A stretch of DNA of 64,000 nt. It comes from Actinomycetes bacterium. GTDB taxonomy: Bacteria > Actinomycetota > Actinomycetes > JBBQFP01. Positions within the stretch are counted from its first letter, which is position 1; each line of letters begins with the position of its first letter. Location: contig JBBQFP010000010.1 of the NCBI GenBank assembly GCA_038322045.1, positions 6,506 to 70,505 of the forward strand. The letters run 5' to 3'. A program made the position numbers and the translations under genes. The notes beneath the pieces are model-generated. The model was not told the origin of the DNA, searched no databases, and worked only from the letters and a program-made list of their open reading frames with translations. Shown here piece after piece: positions 34,166-45,593 of the stretch.

Positions 34166-34776
34166 TTCCGACCCTTCTTCTTCTTCGGGGCGAACGTCTC
34201 GCTCGACCTGCCCGACTTGCTGATGGTCACCGTCGTGGCCTCGGTGAGTGCCTCGCCCTGGGAAGGGTCCGACCCGCTGACCGCGCCGCGGTAGTAGTCC
34301 CCCGCCGAGGTGCCGGGAATCATCGCGTGCGGCGGAGGGACCATACCGGGCAGCATCGGGGCGAGGAGGTCCGCCTTCTCGTAGATGAGCTCGCCGCGGT
34401 CGTTGCCCGCCAGCTCGTACTCGTTCGTCATCGTCAGCGCGCGCGTCGGGCACGCCTCGATGCACAGCCCGCAGAAGATGCACCGCAGGTAGTTGATCTG
34501 GTAGACGCTGCCGTAGCGCTCCCCCGGCGAGAACCGCTCCTCGGCGACGTTGTCGGCGCCCTCGACGTAGATGGCGTCGGCCGGGCAGGCCCACGCGCAC
34601 AGCTCACAGCCGATGCACTTCTCGAGGCCGTCGGGGTAGCGGTTGAGCTGGTGGCGACCGTGGTAGCGCGGCGCCGTCGGCACCTTCTCCTCGGGGTACA
34701 TCTCGGTCGTCTTCGTCTTGAACATCGTCGAGAAGGAGACGCCGAACCCCTTCGGCTGGTCCCTGAGCCTAGCCAC
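34162..34776 (-). CDS. nuoI: NADH-quinone oxidoreductase subunit I
   Basis: [12 protein letters not shown] and [12 protein letters not shown]; GTG at 34776. Confidence 0.96.
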   Translation of the reverse strand: MARLRDQPKGFGVSFSTMFKTKTTEMYPEEKVPTAPRYHGRHQLNRYPDGLEKCIGCELCAWACPADAIYVEGADNVAEERFSPGERYGSVYQINYLRCIFCGLCIEACPTRALTMTNEYELAGNDRGELIYEKADLLAPMLPGMVPPPHAMIPGTSAGDYYRGAVSGSDPSQGEALTEATTVTISKSGRSSETFAPKKKKGRK

Positions 34777-36085
34777 GGATCTTCTCCTCCTCGCCGAGCG
34801 CGCCTGCGACCGTGCCTGCGCCGATGCGCGGCAGCTCCTGCCCCGGCATCGGAGGCACCGGGTACCCCCCGGACATGGGGTCGAACTCCGGCTCGGCGGC
34901 CGGACCGGGCTGCGGGCGACCTCGCTCGGCGAGCGACTCCCAGGCGATGCTCGCGAGGAGCAGGACCGCGATCGCGCCACCGCCGTAGGCAAGGACCTCG
35001 CCCCGCGAGACGTCCTCGTTGGTCAACGTGCGCACGGTCGCGACGACGAGGATCCACACGAGCGACACCGGGATGAGGATCTTCCATCCCAGCTTCATGA
35101 ACTGGTCGTAGCGGATCCGCGGCAGGGTCCCGCGCAGCCAGACGAAGAGGAAGTAGAACAGGAAGAACTTGCCGAAGAACCACAGCAGCGGCCACCAGCC
35201 GGTGTTGGCCCCCGACCACAGCGAGATGGGGAAGGGCGCACGCCAGCCGCCGAGGAACAACGTCGTGGCGAGCGCCGAGACGTTGAGGAGGTTGATGTAC
35301 TCGGCGAGGAAGAACAGCGCGAACTTCAGCGACGAGTACTCGGTGTGGAACCCTCCGACGAGCTCGCCCTCACCCTCGGGAAGGTCGAAGGGGGCACGGT
35401 TGGTCTCGCCGACCATCGAGATGACGTAGACGACGAACGACGGCAGCAGCGCGATCCCGAACCACAGGTGCCGCTGTGCGTCGACGATCGCCGTTGTCGA
35501 CATCGAACCCGCGTAGAGGAAGACCGCGACGAACGACAGCCCCATGGCGACCTCGTAGGAGATCATCTGGGCTGAGGAGCGCACCCCACCGAGGAGCGGG
35601 TACGTCGAGCCGCTGGACCAGCCGGCCAGGACGATGCCGTAGATGCCGACCGAGGCCACCGCGAGGACGTAGAGCACCCCGGTAGGCAGGTCCGCGAGCT
35701 GCAGGAGCGTGTGGTGGCCGAAGATGCTCACCTCGGGCCCGAGCGGGATGACGGCGAAGACCATGAAGCACGGGATCGCCGCGATGATCGGCGCGATGAT
35801 GAAGACCACCTTGTCGGCGGCCTTCGGGATGATCTCTTCCTTGGTCGCCAGCTTGATGCCGTCCATGAGGCCCTGGAGCACGCCAGCGGGGCCGACGCGG
35901 TTCGGGCCGACCCGCTGCTGCATCTTCGCGACGATCCGTCGTTCACCCCAGATCGCAAGAAGCGTGCACACGACGAGGATGACGAAGATCGCCAAGGCCT
36001 TGACGACGATGAGCCAGCCCGGGTCGTCGTCGAGCAGGGAGCGGCCGTCGGCCGTGGCGGCCGCGAGCGAGGCGAGCGAGGTCAC
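34769..36085 (-). CDS. nuoH: NADH-quinone oxidoreductase subunit H
   Basis: [34 protein letters not shown]; GTG at 36085. Confidence 0.96.
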   Translation of the reverse strand: MTSLASLAAATADGRSLLDDDPGWLIVVKALAIFVILVVCTLLAIWGERRIVAKMQQRVGPNRVGPAGVLQGLMDGIKLATKEEIIPKAADKVVFIIAPIIAAIPCFMVFAVIPLGPEVSIFGHHTLLQLADLPTGVLYVLAVASVGIYGIVLAGWSSGSTYPLLGGVRSSAQMISYEVAMGLSFVAVFLYAGSMSTTAIVDAQRHLWFGIALLPSFVVYVISMVGETNRAPFDLPEGEGELVGGFHTEYSSLKFALFFLAEYINLLNVSALATTLFLGGWRAPFPISLWSGANTGWWPLLWFFGKFFLFYFLFVWLRGTLPRIRYDQFMKLGWKILIPVSLVWILVVATVRTLTNEDVSRGEVLAYGGGAIAVLLLASIAWESLAERGRPQPGPAAEPEFDPMSGGYPVPPMPGQELPRIGAGTVAGALGEEEKIRG

Positions 36086-38535
36086 AGGGCACTCCCACGA
36101 GAGATCCGGACCAGCGAGCCGGCCCCGACCGCGAGCGCACGGCGGACGCCCGGGCTCTCGGAGAAGGTCGGCACCCACACCACACGGTGCGGCAGGTCGT
36201 CGAGCACCACAGGCAGGGACAGCGAGCCGTGCACCGAGGAGACGGTCAGCGGCTCGCCGTCGAGGACGCCGAGCTCGGCCGCGGTCGAGGCCGACACGCG
36301 CGCGACAGGCCTGTGGGCGGTGCCGGCGAGGTGCGGCTCGCCGTCCTGCATGCGGCCCTTGTCGAGGAGCATCCGCCACGTGGCGAGCAGCGCCTCGCCC
36401 TCGCCGGGCTCAGGCACGGCGAGCGCCTCGGCCTGCGGGGCAGCGGCCCGCGAGCCCTCCCATCGCCCGAGCTCGGCGAGCTCGGCGCGGGCGACCTCGA
36501 CGGCGGGCAGCCGGATCGGCGCGCCCATCGCCTCGGCGAGCGCGTGCAGCACCCGGGTGTCGGCCATGGCGCCGGTCTGGGCCAGGACGACGTCGAAGGG
36601 ACGCGCGCGGCCCTCCCAGTCGAGGAACGTGCCCGGCTTCTCGGCCACGGGGGCCACCGGGAAGACGACGTCGGCGAGCTCGGTGACCGCGCTCGCGCGG
36701 ATCTCGAGGCTGACGACGAAGCCGGCCGTCTCGATCGCCGCGAGGGCGGCGGTCGGGTCGGGGAGGTCCTCGGGGTCGACGCCTCCGACGACCAGACCGC
36801 CCAGCTGCCCCGAGGCAGCGGCTTCAAGGATCTCCGAGAGCCCGCGGCCGGGGGTGGACGGCAGCTCGCCGGTGCCCCACGTGGCTGCGACGTCGACCCG
36901 GGCTGCTGCGTCGGAGACGGGACGCCCCCCGGGTAGCAGGGTCGGCAGCAGGCCCGCCTCGAGCGCACCGCGGTCGCCCGCCCGGCGAGGAACCCACGCG
37001 AGGCGCGCGCCGGTCGAGGCTGCGAGGACGAGAGCGGCGCTCAGCGCACCGGGAACCCCGGCGAGCCGCTCCCCGAGGAGGACGACGGCGCCAGGCTGGC
37101 GCAGCAGGGCAGCGGCCGCCACGACGTGCGAGGCCTCACCCTCCGCGCCGTCGGCCAACGACCGCAGGACGCCGGCCTCACCGCCGGGTGCGGTGGCGAG
37201 CAGCGTGCCGCCGAGCTTGGCGAGCCCGCGTGAGGCGAACGGCGCGACCGAGCGCACCCCGAGGCGGCGCTTGCGCACCGCCTTGCGCAGGCGCAGGAAG
37301 AGGATCGGGGACTCCTCCTCGGGCTCGAGGCCGACGAGGAGGACGGTCCCGGCCGTCTCGAGGTCGGCGTAGGTGACACCGAGGCCCGAGCCGGCGACCG
37401 TCGAGCCGAGGAAGTCGGCCTCCTCGGCGGAGTGCGGCCGAGCGCGGAAGTCGACGTCGTTCGTCCCGAGGCTGACCCGGGCGAACTTCGACCAGGCGTA
37501 GGCGTCCTCGAGGGTCACCCGGCCGCCCGGCAGGACACCGACCCCGCCCGCGGCGCGCGCAGCGGACAGGCCTGCGGCAGCGGTGGCGAGGGCGTCGGCC
37601 CACGACGTCGGGACGAGGGTGCCGTCGTCCTCACGGACGAGCGGGGTGTCGATCCGGTCGCCGGTGCGGGTGTAGGTGAACGCCCAGCGGCCCTTGTCGC
37701 AGTTCCACTCCTCGTTCACCGCCGGGTCGTCGCCGGCGAGACGACGAGTGACCTTGCCGCGGCGGTGGTCGGTGCGCAGGGCACAGCCCGACGCGCAGTG
37801 CTCGCAGACGCTCGGCGTCGAGACGAGGTCGAACGGGCGGGCACGGAACCGGTAGGCGGCACCAGTGAGCGCGCCGACCGGGCAGATCTGGACGGTGTTG
37901 CCGGAGAAGTAGGACTCGAACGGCTGGCTCTCGTAGATGCCGACCTGCTGGAGCGCGCCACGCTCGAGGAGGGCGATGAAGGGGTCGCCGGCGATCTGCT
38001 CGCTGAAGCGGGTGCACCGGGCGCACAGGACGCAGCGCTCCCGGTCGAGGAGCACCTGCGAGGAGATGGCGATCGGCTTGGGGAAGGTGCGCTTGACCCC
38101 CTCGAACCGCGACACCGCCCGACCGTTGCTCATCGCCTGGTTCTGCAGCGGGCACTCGCCGCCCTTGTCGCAGACCGGGCAATCCAGCGGGTGGTTGATG
38201 AGGAGCATCTCCATGACGCCGTGCTGCGCCTTGTCGGCGACGGCGGAGCTGAGCTGGGTGTGGACGACCATGCCGTCGGTCACCGTCGTCGTGCACGAGG
38301 CAAGAGGCTTGCGCTGCCCGTCGACGTCGACGAGGCACTGGCGACAGGCCCCGACCGGGTCGAGCAAGGGGTGGTCGCAGAACCGCGGGATCTGGATGCC
38401 GAGCAGCTCGGCGGCGCGGATCACCAGCGTGCCCGGCGGCACCGAGACCTGGTAGCCGTCGATGGTGACGGCGAGCAGGTCCTCGCGCTTGTCGGGCACG
38501 CCGCCGCCGGCGGGTGTCGTCGTGGTGGCGGTCAT
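36082..38535 (-). CDS. nuoG: NADH-quinone oxidoreductase subunit G
   Basis: IPRFCDH...[40 protein letters not shown]. Confidence 0.96.
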   Translation of the reverse strand: MTATTTTPAGGGVPDKREDLLAVTIDGYQVSVPPGTLVIRAAELLGIQIPRFCDHPLLDPVGACRQCLVDVDGQRKPLASCTTTVTDGMVVHTQLSSAVADKAQHGVMEMLLINHPLDCPVCDKGGECPLQNQAMSNGRAVSRFEGVKRTFPKPIAISSQVLLDRERCVLCARCTRFSEQIAGDPFIALLERGALQQVGIYESQPFESYFSGNTVQICPVGALTGAAYRFRARPFDLVSTPSVCEHCASGCALRTDHRRGKVTRRLAGDDPAVNEEWNCDKGRWAFTYTRTGDRIDTPLVREDDGTLVPTSWADALATAAAGLSAARAAGGVGVLPGGRVTLEDAYAWSKFARVSLGTNDVDFRARPHSAEEADFLGSTVAGSGLGVTYADLETAGTVLLVGLEPEEESPILFLRLRKAVRKRRLGVRSVAPFASRGLAKLGGTLLATAPGGEAGVLRSLADGAEGEASHVVAAAALLRQPGAVVLLGERLAGVPGALSAALVLAASTGARLAWVPRRAGDRGALEAGLLPTLLPGGRPVSDAAARVDVAATWGTGELPSTPGRGLSEILEAAASGQLGGLVVGGVDPEDLPDPTAALAAIETAGFVVSLEIRASAVTELADVVFPVAPVAEKPGTFLDWEGRARPFDVVLAQTGAMADTRVLHALAEAMGAPIRLPAVEVARAELAELGRWEGSRAAAPQAEALAVPEPGEGEALLATWRMLLDKGRMQDGEPHLAGTAHRPVARVSASTAAELGVLDGEPLTVSSVHGSLSLPVVLDDLPHRVVWVPTFSESPGVRRALAVGAGSLVRISRGSAL

Positions 38536-39830
38536 CAGACGCTGGCTCCGGCGAAGATGGTGGAGGCGACCGGGTCGAACGGGCAGCCGGCCTGGGTGAT
38601 GTGGGCGACGTACTCGTCGCGGAAGAACTCGATCGAGCTCGTGATCGGGCTGGTGGCGCCGTCGCCGAGGGCGCAGAAGGCCCGGCCCATGATGTTGTCG
38701 CAGAGGTCGAGCAGCTTGTCGAGGTCCTCGGCCTCGCCCTGACCGGCCTCGAGGCGGCGCATGATCTGCACGAGCCAGTAGGTGCCCTCACGGCACGGGG
38801 TGCACTTGCCGCAGGACTCGTGGGCGTAGAACTCGGTCCAACGCAGGACGGCGCGCACGACGCAGGTCGTCTCGTCGAAGCACTGCAACGCCTTGGTGCC
38901 CAGCATGGACCTCGCGGCGCTCACGCCCTCGTAGTCCAGCGGGGTGTCGAGGTGCGCGGCCGTCAGCAGCGGCGTCGAGGAGCCTCCCGGCGTCCAGAAC
39001 TTCAGCTCGTGGCCGAGGCGCATGCCGCCGGCGAGGTCGAGGATCTGGCGCATGGTGATCCCCAGCGGTGCCTCGTACTGGCCCGGGTTCGCCACGTGCC
39101 CGGAGAGCGAGTACAGCGTGAAGCCTGCCGACTTCTCGGTGCCCATGCTCGTGAACCAGTCGGCACCGCCGCGGACGATCGCCGGGACCGACGCGATCGA
39201 CTCGACGTTGTTGACCACCGTCGGACTGGCGTAGAGCCCGGCGATGGCGGGGAACGGCGGGCGCAGCCTCGGCTGGCCGCGGAAGCCCTCGAGGCTGTCG
39301 AGCAGCGCCGTCTCCTCGCCGCAGATGTAGGCCCCCGCGCCGGCATGGATGACGAGGTCGAGGTCGAAGCCCGAGCCGAGGACGTCGGTGCCGAGGTAGC
39401 CCTTGGCGTAGGCCTCGGACACGGCCTGCTGCAGGCGTCGGAGCACGTGGACGATCTCGCCTCGCACGTAGATGAACGCGTGCCGGGCACGGATGGCGTA
39501 CGCCGCGATGATGATGCCCTCGACGAGGACGTGCGGGTTCGCCATGAGCAGCGGGGTGTCCTTGCAGGTGCCCGGCTCGGACTCGTCGGCGTTGACGACG
39601 AGGTAGTGCGGCTTGCCGTCACCCTGGGGGATGAAGCCCCACTTCATGCCGGTGGGGAAGCCCGCACCCCCGCGGCCGCGCAGACCCGAGGCCTTGACGA
39701 GGCTGATGACCTCGTCCGGGGTCATCGCCAGGGCCGAGCGCAGCGCCTGATAGCCGTCGTGACGCTCGTAGCCGGCCAGGGTGAAGGAGTCGGGCTCGTC
39801 CCAGTGCGCCGAGAGGACCGGAGTGAGCAC
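38535..39830 (-). CDS. nuoF: NADH-quinone oxidoreductase subunit F
   Basis: [45 protein letters not shown]. Confidence 0.97.
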   Translation of the reverse strand: MLTPVLSAHWDEPDSFTLAGYERHDGYQALRSALAMTPDEVISLVKASGLRGRGGAGFPTGMKWGFIPQGDGKPHYLVVNADESEPGTCKDTPLLMANPHVLVEGIIIAAYAIRARHAFIYVRGEIVHVLRRLQQAVSEAYAKGYLGTDVLGSGFDLDLVIHAGAGAYICGEETALLDSLEGFRGQPRLRPPFPAIAGLYASPTVVNNVESIASVPAIVRGGADWFTSMGTEKSAGFTLYSLSGHVANPGQYEAPLGITMRQILDLAGGMRLGHELKFWTPGGSSTPLLTAAHLDTPLDYEGVSAARSMLGTKALQCFDETTCVVRAVLRWTEFYAHESCGKCTPCREGTYWLVQIMRRLEAGQGEAEDLDKLLDLCDNIMGRAFCALGDGATSPITSSIEFFRDEYVAHITQAGCPFDPVASTIFAGASV

Positions 39831-39831
39831 C

Positions 39832-40659
39832 TCAGACCTCCTTCTCGCCGGGCAGGGGGGTGGAGTTCGCAGGGTCAGCGCTCGCCGTCGAGACGCCGCC
39901 GTCGTGGGCGCTGGGCATCCCGCCGCTCGCGGCCTGGCCGTCAGCCGGCACCGATGCGTCGGCCGGAGCCGCGGAGACGCGCTCGCGCTGGGCGGTCTCG
40001 CGCTCGCGGGTCTCCCTGTCCATCGAGGGGGCGGTGTCCCCGCGCTGCTGGGCCAGTCGCAGGCCGACGAGAGTGGCCGGGCCGGCCGCAGGGCCCTCGT
40101 TCGCCAGACCGTCGGGGAAGCCCGCGAGAACGCGTTCGACCTCCGTGAACGAGCAGATCCGCGGCCCTCGCGTGGAACGCACCTCGGCGCCCGAGGCGAG
40201 GTCGTCGACGAGGGCGCGCGCCGTCTCGGGGGTCATGTTGTCCATGAACTCCCAGTTGACCGTCATGACGGGCGCGTAGTCGCAGGCGGCGTTGCACTCG
40301 ATGTGCTCGAGGGTGATCGTGCCGTCGGGGGTCGTCTCGTCGTTGCCGACGCCGAGGTGCTCCTTGAGCGCTGCGAAGATCGCGTCGCCACCGAGGACGG
40401 CGCACAGGGTGTTCGTGCACACCCCGACGTGGTAGTCACCGACCGGGCGGCGCTTGTACATCGTGTAGAAGGTGGCCACCGCGGAGACCTCCGCCGTGGT
40501 CAGCCCGAGCTCCTCGGCGCATAGCTCGATCCCCGCAGGAGTGACGTAACCCTCCTCCGCCTGCACGAGGTGCAGCATCGGCATGAGCGCCGAGCGCGGC
40601 CGCGGGTAGCGCGCGACGATCTCGCGCATGTGCTCGCGGGTCGTGTCGGTGAGGGGCAT
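39832..40659 (-). CDS. nuoE: NADH-quinone oxidoreductase subunit E
   Basis: VATFYTMY, CTNTLC, ECNAACDYAP. Confidence 0.95.
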   Translation of the reverse strand: MPLTDTTREHMREIVARYPRPRSALMPMLHLVQAEEGYVTPAGIELCAEELGLTTAEVSAVATFYTMYKRRPVGDYHVGVCTNTLCAVLGGDAIFAALKEHLGVGNDETTPDGTITLEHIECNAACDYAPVMTVNWEFMDNMTPETARALVDDLASGAEVRSTRGPRICSFTEVERVLAGFPDGLANEGPAAGPATLVGLRLAQQRGDTAPSMDRETRERETAQRERVSAAPADASVPADGQAASGGMPSAHDGGVSTASADPANSTPLPGEKEV

Positions 40660-42014
40660 CAGCGGTCAACTCCACCCATGACGGGATCGATGCTGGCGAC
40701 CGCGACGACGACGTCGGCGACCATGCCGCCCTCGCACATCGCCGCCACCGACTGCAGGTTCGTGAAGGACGGGTCCCTGAAGTGGACCCGGTAGGGGCGG
40801 GTGCCGCCGTCGCTGACGACGTGCGCGCCGAGCTCGCCGCGCGGGCCCTCGATCGCCTGGTACACCTGCCCGGCCGGGACCCGGAAGCCCTCGGTGACGA
40901 GCTTGAAGTGGTGGATGAGCGACTCCATCGACGAGCCCATGATCTCGCGGATGTGGTCGAGGCTGTTGCCGAGGCCGTCGCTGCCGAGCGCGAGCTGCGC
41001 CGGCCAGGCGATCTTCTTGTCCTCGACCATGATCGGGCCTGGCTCGAGCCGGTCGAGGCACTGCTCGACGATCTTCAGCGACTCGCGCATCTCCTTGATC
41101 CGGATGAGGTAGCGGCCGTAGGAGTCGCAGGAGTCGGCGGTGGCGACGTCGAAGTCGTAGGACTCGTAGCCGCAGTAGGGCTGGGTCTTGCGCAGGTCCC
41201 ACGGCAGCCCGGTCGCCCGGAGGACGGGGCCCGTCACGCCGAGCGCCATGCAGCCGGTGAGGTCGAGGTAGCCGACGTCCTTCTGGCGGTCGATGAAGAT
41301 CTTCTGACCGGTGAAGAGCTTGTCGTACTCGTCGAAACGGCCGGGGAGGACCCTGACGAGCTCGCGGATCTTGTCGACGGCGCCGGCGGGGAGGTCCTGC
41401 GCGAGGCCACCGGGGCGGACGTAGGCGTAGTTCATCCGCAGACCGGTGATCATCTCGAGGACGGTGAGCACGAGCTCGCGCTCGCGGAAGCCGAAGATCA
41501 TGACCGTCGTCGCGCCGAGCTCGTTGCCACCGGTCGCGATGGCGACGAGGTGGGAGGAGATCCGCTGGAGCTCCATGAGCATGACCCGGATGACGTCGAC
41601 CCGCACCGGGATCTGCTCGGTGATCCCGAGGAGCTTCTCGACGGCGAGACAGTAGACGACCTCGTTGTGGATGTTGGAGAGGTAGTCCATCCGCGTGACA
41701 TAGGCGACGCCCTGGACCCAGCTGCGGTACTCGAGGTTCTTCTCGATGCCGGTGTGCAGGTAGCCGATGCCGCAGCGCGCCTCGGTGACGCTCTCGCCCT
41801 CGATCTCGAGGATGAGCCGGAGCACGCCGTGGGTCGAGGGGTGCTGAGGACCCATGTTGACGACGAGCCGGTTCTCGCCCGAGGCGGTCGCGTCGGAGGC
41901 CATGGCGTCCCAGTCGGCGCCGGTGACCGTGTAGACGCGGGCGCCGTCGGTCTCGGGGTCGGCGAAGCCGGGAGCGGCCGTGGGCTCGTCGGGGGTGAAG
42001 CTCGTGGTGGGCAT
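40659..42014 (-). CDS. nuoD: NADH-quinone oxidoreductase subunit D
   Basis: [33 protein letters not shown]; ATG at 42014. Confidence 0.96.
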   Translation of the reverse strand: MPTTSFTPDEPTAAPGFADPETDGARVYTVTGADWDAMASDATASGENRLVVNMGPQHPSTHGVLRLILEIEGESVTEARCGIGYLHTGIEKNLEYRSWVQGVAYVTRMDYLSNIHNEVVYCLAVEKLLGITEQIPVRVDVIRVMLMELQRISSHLVAIATGGNELGATTVMIFGFRERELVLTVLEMITGLRMNYAYVRPGGLAQDLPAGAVDKIRELVRVLPGRFDEYDKLFTGQKIFIDRQKDVGYLDLTGCMALGVTGPVLRATGLPWDLRKTQPYCGYESYDFDVATADSCDSYGRYLIRIKEMRESLKIVEQCLDRLEPGPIMVEDKKIAWPAQLALGSDGLGNSLDHIREIMGSSMESLIHHFKLVTEGFRVPAGQVYQAIEGPRGELGAHVVSDGGTRPYRVHFRDPSFTNLQSVAAMCEGGMVADVVVAVASIDPVMGGVDR

Positions 42015-42724
42015 CAGGTGTACGACCTCCGCTGGTCGGGCGGGGGCACCTGGGCGCCCTTGTACTCCACGGGGATGCCCCCGAGCGGGTAGTCCTTGCG
42101 CTGCGGGTGCCCCGGCCAGTCGTCGGGCATGAGGATCCGCGCGAGCCCGGGGTGACCGTCGAAGACGACGCCGAACATGTCCCAGGTCTCGCGCTCGTGC
42201 CAGTCGTTGGTCGGGTAGGTCTCGACGACCGACGGCAGGTGGGGGTCGGCGTCGGGACACGTCGACTCGACCCGGATCCGCCGGTTGTGGGTGATCGACA
42301 TGAGCGGGTACACCGCGTGCAGCTCCCGACCTGCGTCGCTCGGGTAGTGGACGCCGCTGACGCCGAGGCACATCTCGAAGCGCAGCGCCGGGTCGTCGCG
42401 CAGCGTGCGCATGACGACCGGCAGGGCCTCGCGACGGACGACGAGGGTGAGCTCGCCGCGGTCGACGACGACCCGCTCGATCGCCTCGTCGAAGTCCGGG
42501 AAGGCCCCCTCGAGCCGGTCGACGACGTCGTCGAAGTAGCCACCGAAGGGACGTTGCGCCGGCGGCGGTGCGGTGATCGTACGCACGAGCCGGCCGTAGC
42601 CGGAGGTGTCGCCGCCCTCGGAGCCGCCGAACATGCCGTGCCGGACGCCGATGACCTCGGGCGCGATCGGCTCGGGAAGCGGCTCGGGGAGGTTGCGGGC
42701 GCCGTCGTCGTGGGCGTCTGTCAC
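42014..42724 (-). CDS. nuoC: NADH-quinone oxidoreductase subunit C
   Basis: [11 protein letters not shown]...[10 protein letters not shown]; GTG at 42724. Confidence 0.95.
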   Translation of the reverse strand: MTDAHDDGARNLPEPLPEPIAPEVIGVRHGMFGGSEGGDTSGYGRLVRTITAPPPAQRPFGGYFDDVVDRLEGAFPDFDEAIERVVVDRGELTLVVRREALPVVMRTLRDDPALRFEMCLGVSGVHYPSDAGRELHAVYPLMSITHNRRIRVESTCPDADPHLPSVVETYPTNDWHERETWDMFGVVFDGHPGLARILMPDDWPGHPQRKDYPLGGIPVEYKGAQVPPPDQRRSYT

Positions 42725-43275
42725 CGGAGCAGCCCCTTCAGGTCCTGCGTGGGTGTGGCCGTGAGCATGAGCTGCTCGCGCTCCCGGTCGGCGGCGACCT
42801 TCTGCGCGCCGAGCTTCTCGTGCTGGATCTGATCGTGGAGCTTGAGGATGGCGTCGAGGAGCATCTCTGGCCGCGGCGGGCAGCCGGGAAGGTACATGTC
42901 GACGGGGACGACGTGGTCGACGCCCTGGACGATCGCGTAGTTGTTGAACATGCCGCCGGAGGACGCGCACACGCCCATCGCGATGACCCATTTGGGCTCG
43001 GGCATCTGGTCGTAGATCTGGCGGAGCATCGGGGCCATCTTGTTCGACAGCCGACCGGCGACGATCATGAGGTCGGCCTGGCGCGGGGACGCCCGGAAGA
43101 CCTCCATGCCGAAGCGGGAGATGTCGAAGCGACCGCCACCGGTGGCCATCATCTCGATCGCGCAGCACGCGAGGCCGAACGTCACCGGCCACAACGAGCT
43201 CTTGCGGACGTAGCCGAGCGCCGACTCGACGGTGGTGAGCACGACGCCGCTGGGGAGCTTCTCCTCGAGACCCAC
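42721..43275 (-). CDS. nuoB: NADH-quinone oxidoreductase subunit B
   Basis: [27 protein letters not shown]. Confidence 0.97.
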   Translation of the reverse strand: MGLEEKLPSGVVLTTVESALGYVRKSSLWPVTFGLACCAIEMMATGGGRFDISRFGMEVFRASPRQADLMIVAGRLSNKMAPMLRQIYDQMPEPKWVIAMGVCASSGGMFNNYAIVQGVDHVVPVDMYLPGCPPRPEMLLDAILKLHDQIQHEKLGAQKVAADREREQLMLTATPTQDLKGLLR

Positions 43276-43314
43276 GCGGTCAGCCCTTCTTCCGAGGTGT
43301 GGTGTGGCGCGTCA

Positions 43315-43674
43315 TCAGTCCCACTCGAGCCCACCGCGGCGCCAGACGTAGGCGTAGGCGACGAAGACGGTGAGGATGAACAGCACCATCTCGACGAGGC
43401 CGAAGACACCGAGGGCGTCGAAGGCGACGGCCCACGGATAGAGGAAGACGATCTCGATGTCGAAGACGATGAAGAGCATTGCCGTCAGGTAGTACTTGAC
43501 CGGGAACCTGCCGCCGCCGACGGGCTGCGGGGTGGGCTGCACGCCGCACTCGTAGGCGTCGAGCTTGACGCGGTTGTAGCGCTTGGGCCCGATGACGTGC
43601 GTGGCGGCGACCGAGCCGACCGCGAAGGCGGTGCTGATGGCCAAGAGCACGAGGATCGGCGCGTAGTTCGTCAT
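43315..43674 (-). CDS. nuoA: NADH-quinone oxidoreductase subunit A
   Basis: YECG, FIVFDIEIVFLYPWA, GGLEWD. Confidence 0.97.
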   Translation of the reverse strand: MTNYAPILVLLAISTAFAVGSVAATHVIGPKRYNRVKLDAYECGVQPTPQPVGGGRFPVKYYLTAMLFIVFDIEIVFLYPWAVAFDALGVFGLVEMVLFILTVFVAYAYVWRRGGLEWD

Positions 43675-43782
43675 GCCGGCCCGCTCCCCTCTGACTTGCT
43701 CACAACGGCTTGCCTCACAACGTTCGAGCTCGCGACGTCCGACCCGAGGACCGCGGGCGGGATTGTCATCCTATCCGTGCTG

Positions 43783-43809
43783 AGGTACCGCATCAGGTAC
43801 CGCATCAGG
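43783..43809. repeat. 12-bp tandem duplication upstream of nuoA
   Basis: AGGTACCGCATC twice plus AGG; candidate -10 TAGGAT (minus) at 43768-43773. Confidence 0.85.
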
Positions 43810-43852
43810 CCCCGCTTCATGCCGTGCGCGGCCGGCGCCTTGCGTTGCAGCC

Positions 43853-45139
43853 TCACGCCGCCGGGGCGAGCCGGGTGAGGCCGTTGACGACGCGGTCCAT
43901 GGCGTCGCCACCTCGCGGGTCGGTGAGGTTGGCGAGCAGCTTGAGGGTGAACCGCATGAGCATGGGGTGGGGCAGGCCGTGGCGGGTGGCCAGAGCCATG
44001 ACGTGGGGGTTGCCGATGAGCTTCACGAAAGCCCGACCGAGGGTGTAGTAGCCGCCGTACGCGGCCTTGAGCGCCTGGGGGTAGCCGGCGAGCGCGAGCT
44101 CACGAGCCGCGCCCTCCGGACGGGCGAGCGCCTGGACGACGACCTCGGCAGCGAGGGAGGCGGACTCCATGGCGTAGGCGATGCCCTCGCCGTTGAAGGG
44201 GTTGACCATGCCTCCGGCGTCGCCGAGCAGGAGCATCCCGTTGGCGTAGTGCGGCTGTCGGTTGAAGCCCATGGGCAGGGCGGCACCGCGCACCGGGCCG
44301 GTCTGGTTCTCCTCGACGTAGCCCCACTCGGGCGGCATCGACGCGACCCACCGGTGGAGCAGCTGCTTGTAGTCGACGTTGCCGAAGGCCTTGGAGGTGT
44401 TGAGGATGCCCAGGCCGACGTTGGACGTCCCGTCGCCGACGCCGAAGACCCAGCCGTAGCCGGGGAGCAGCTGACGCTTGCCCGAGGAGGAGTCCCACAG
44501 CTCGAGCCAGGACTCCAGCCAGTCGTCGTCGTGCCGCGGGCTGCGGAAGTACGTCCGGACGGCGACCCCCATGGGGCGGTCCTCGCGTCGCTGGAGGCCC
44601 ATGGCGAGGGAGAGCCGGCTGGAGTTGCCGTCGGCCGCAAGGACGAGCGGCGCGCGGAAGACGACCTCCTCGCCCCCGCTGTTGGCCCGGACGCCGAGGA
44701 TCCGACCGGTGCTCTCGTCGACCACCGGACCGGTCACGGGGGTGGACTCGTAGAGCCGCGCGCCTGCCTTCTGGGCGTGCCGCGCGAGCAGGTCGTCGAA
44801 GTCCAGTCTCGGGCGCACGAGCCCGTAGTCGGGGAAGCTCGCGAGCTCGGGCCAGGGCAGCTCCAGGCGCATGCCGCCGCCGATGATGCGCAGGCCATGG
44901 TTGCGGATCCAGCCGGCCTCGGGCGTCGTGTCGATCCCGAGGGCGACGAGCGCCTTGACCGCACGCGGGGTCAGGCCGTCGCCGCAGACCTTCTCGCGGG
45001 GGAACGCCGTCTTCTCGAGGACGACGACGTCGAGGCCCGACTGCGCGAGGTGGTAGGCGGCGGTGGAGCCGGCCGGCCCCGCGCCGACGACGACGACGTC
45101 GGCGGTGCGGTCGGTGGGGCTCAGGTCGCTCGACGTCAA
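43853..45139 (-). CDS. menJ: Geranylgeranyl reductase family protein, menaquinone reductase MenJ-like
   Basis: GAGPAGS, FPREKVCGDGLTPRA, GDAGGMVNPFNGEGI; between menG and nuoA. Confidence 0.85.
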   Translation of the reverse strand: MTSSDLSPTDRTADVVVVGAGPAGSTAAYHLAQSGLDVVVLEKTAFPREKVCGDGLTPRAVKALVALGIDTTPEAGWIRNHGLRIIGGGMRLELPWPELASFPDYGLVRPRLDFDDLLARHAQKAGARLYESTPVTGPVVDESTGRILGVRANSGGEEVVFRAPLVLAADGNSSRLSLAMGLQRREDRPMGVAVRTYFRSPRHDDDWLESWLELWDSSSGKRQLLPGYGWVFGVGDGTSNVGLGILNTSKAFGNVDYKQLLHRWVASMPPEWGYVEENQTGPVRGAALPMGFNRQPHYANGMLLLGDAGGMVNPFNGEGIAYAMESASLAAEVVVQALARPEGAARELALAGYPQALKAAYGGYYTLGRAFVKLIGNPHVMALATRHGLPHPMLMRFTLKLLANLTDPRGGDAMDRVVNGLTRLAPAA

Positions 45140-45193
45140 GGGTCGTCCTCGGGGGCGGGTCTGCTGCGGTCCGGGTGGCGGGAGCGTCGCACC

Positions 45194-45211
45194 TTGTGAA
45201 TCGGGTCACGA
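45194..45211. promoter_or_regulatory. Rex operator-like site upstream of menJ
   Basis: TTGTGAA-TCGG-GTCACGA versus TTGTGAA-N4-TTCACAA; just downstream of -10 TAGACT (minus, 45224-45229). Confidence 0.6.
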
Positions 45212-45273
45212 GCGCTGCGCCGAAGTCTAGGCGGTGGCAGAGCCGGGCGCCGTCCGAGCGCAGGTCGGCATGC

Positions 45274-45304
45274 GGAAGCCCTCGGCACTTCGCCGGGGGC
45301 TTCC
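45274..45304 (-). terminator. Hairpin after csbD
   Basis: GGAAGCCCTCGGC / GCCGGGGGCTTCC inverted repeat. Confidence 0.6.
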
Positions 45305-45343
45305 TCCGTGCTGTCGAGGCCTGCTGACGGCAGGCCGTCTCAC

Positions 45344-45517
45344 TCAATCCTTGACGGCGTCCTTGACCTTCTCGCCGGCCTGCTTGAGGTCAGCACTGGT
45401 CTTGTCGCGAGCGCCCTCGGCCTGCAACGACTCGTCGCCCGTGGCGTCGCCGACCCGCTCCTTGGCCTCGCCCTTCGCCTTCTCGGCCATGTTCTTGATC
45501 TTGTCGTCGAGTCCCAT
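45344..45517 (-). CDS. csbD: CsbD family general stress protein
   Basis: MGLDDKIKNMAEKAKGEAKERVGDATGDESLQAEG...KQAGEKVKDA. Confidence 0.92.
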   Translation of the reverse strand: MGLDDKIKNMAEKAKGEAKERVGDATGDESLQAEGARDKTSADLKQAGEKVKDAVKD

Positions 45518-45563
45518 GTGCGTGCCCTCCTGTGCGTCGGTTCCCTCGCGTTCTGACTGGAAC

Positions 45564-45589
45564 CTCCCCGGAGGACGTCGCCGGGAAAC
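45564..45589 (-). promoter_or_regulatory. SigB/SigF-type stress promoter for csbD
   Basis: Minus strand GTTT-16 bp-GGGGAG. Confidence 0.5.
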
Positions 45590-45593
45590 GCCG

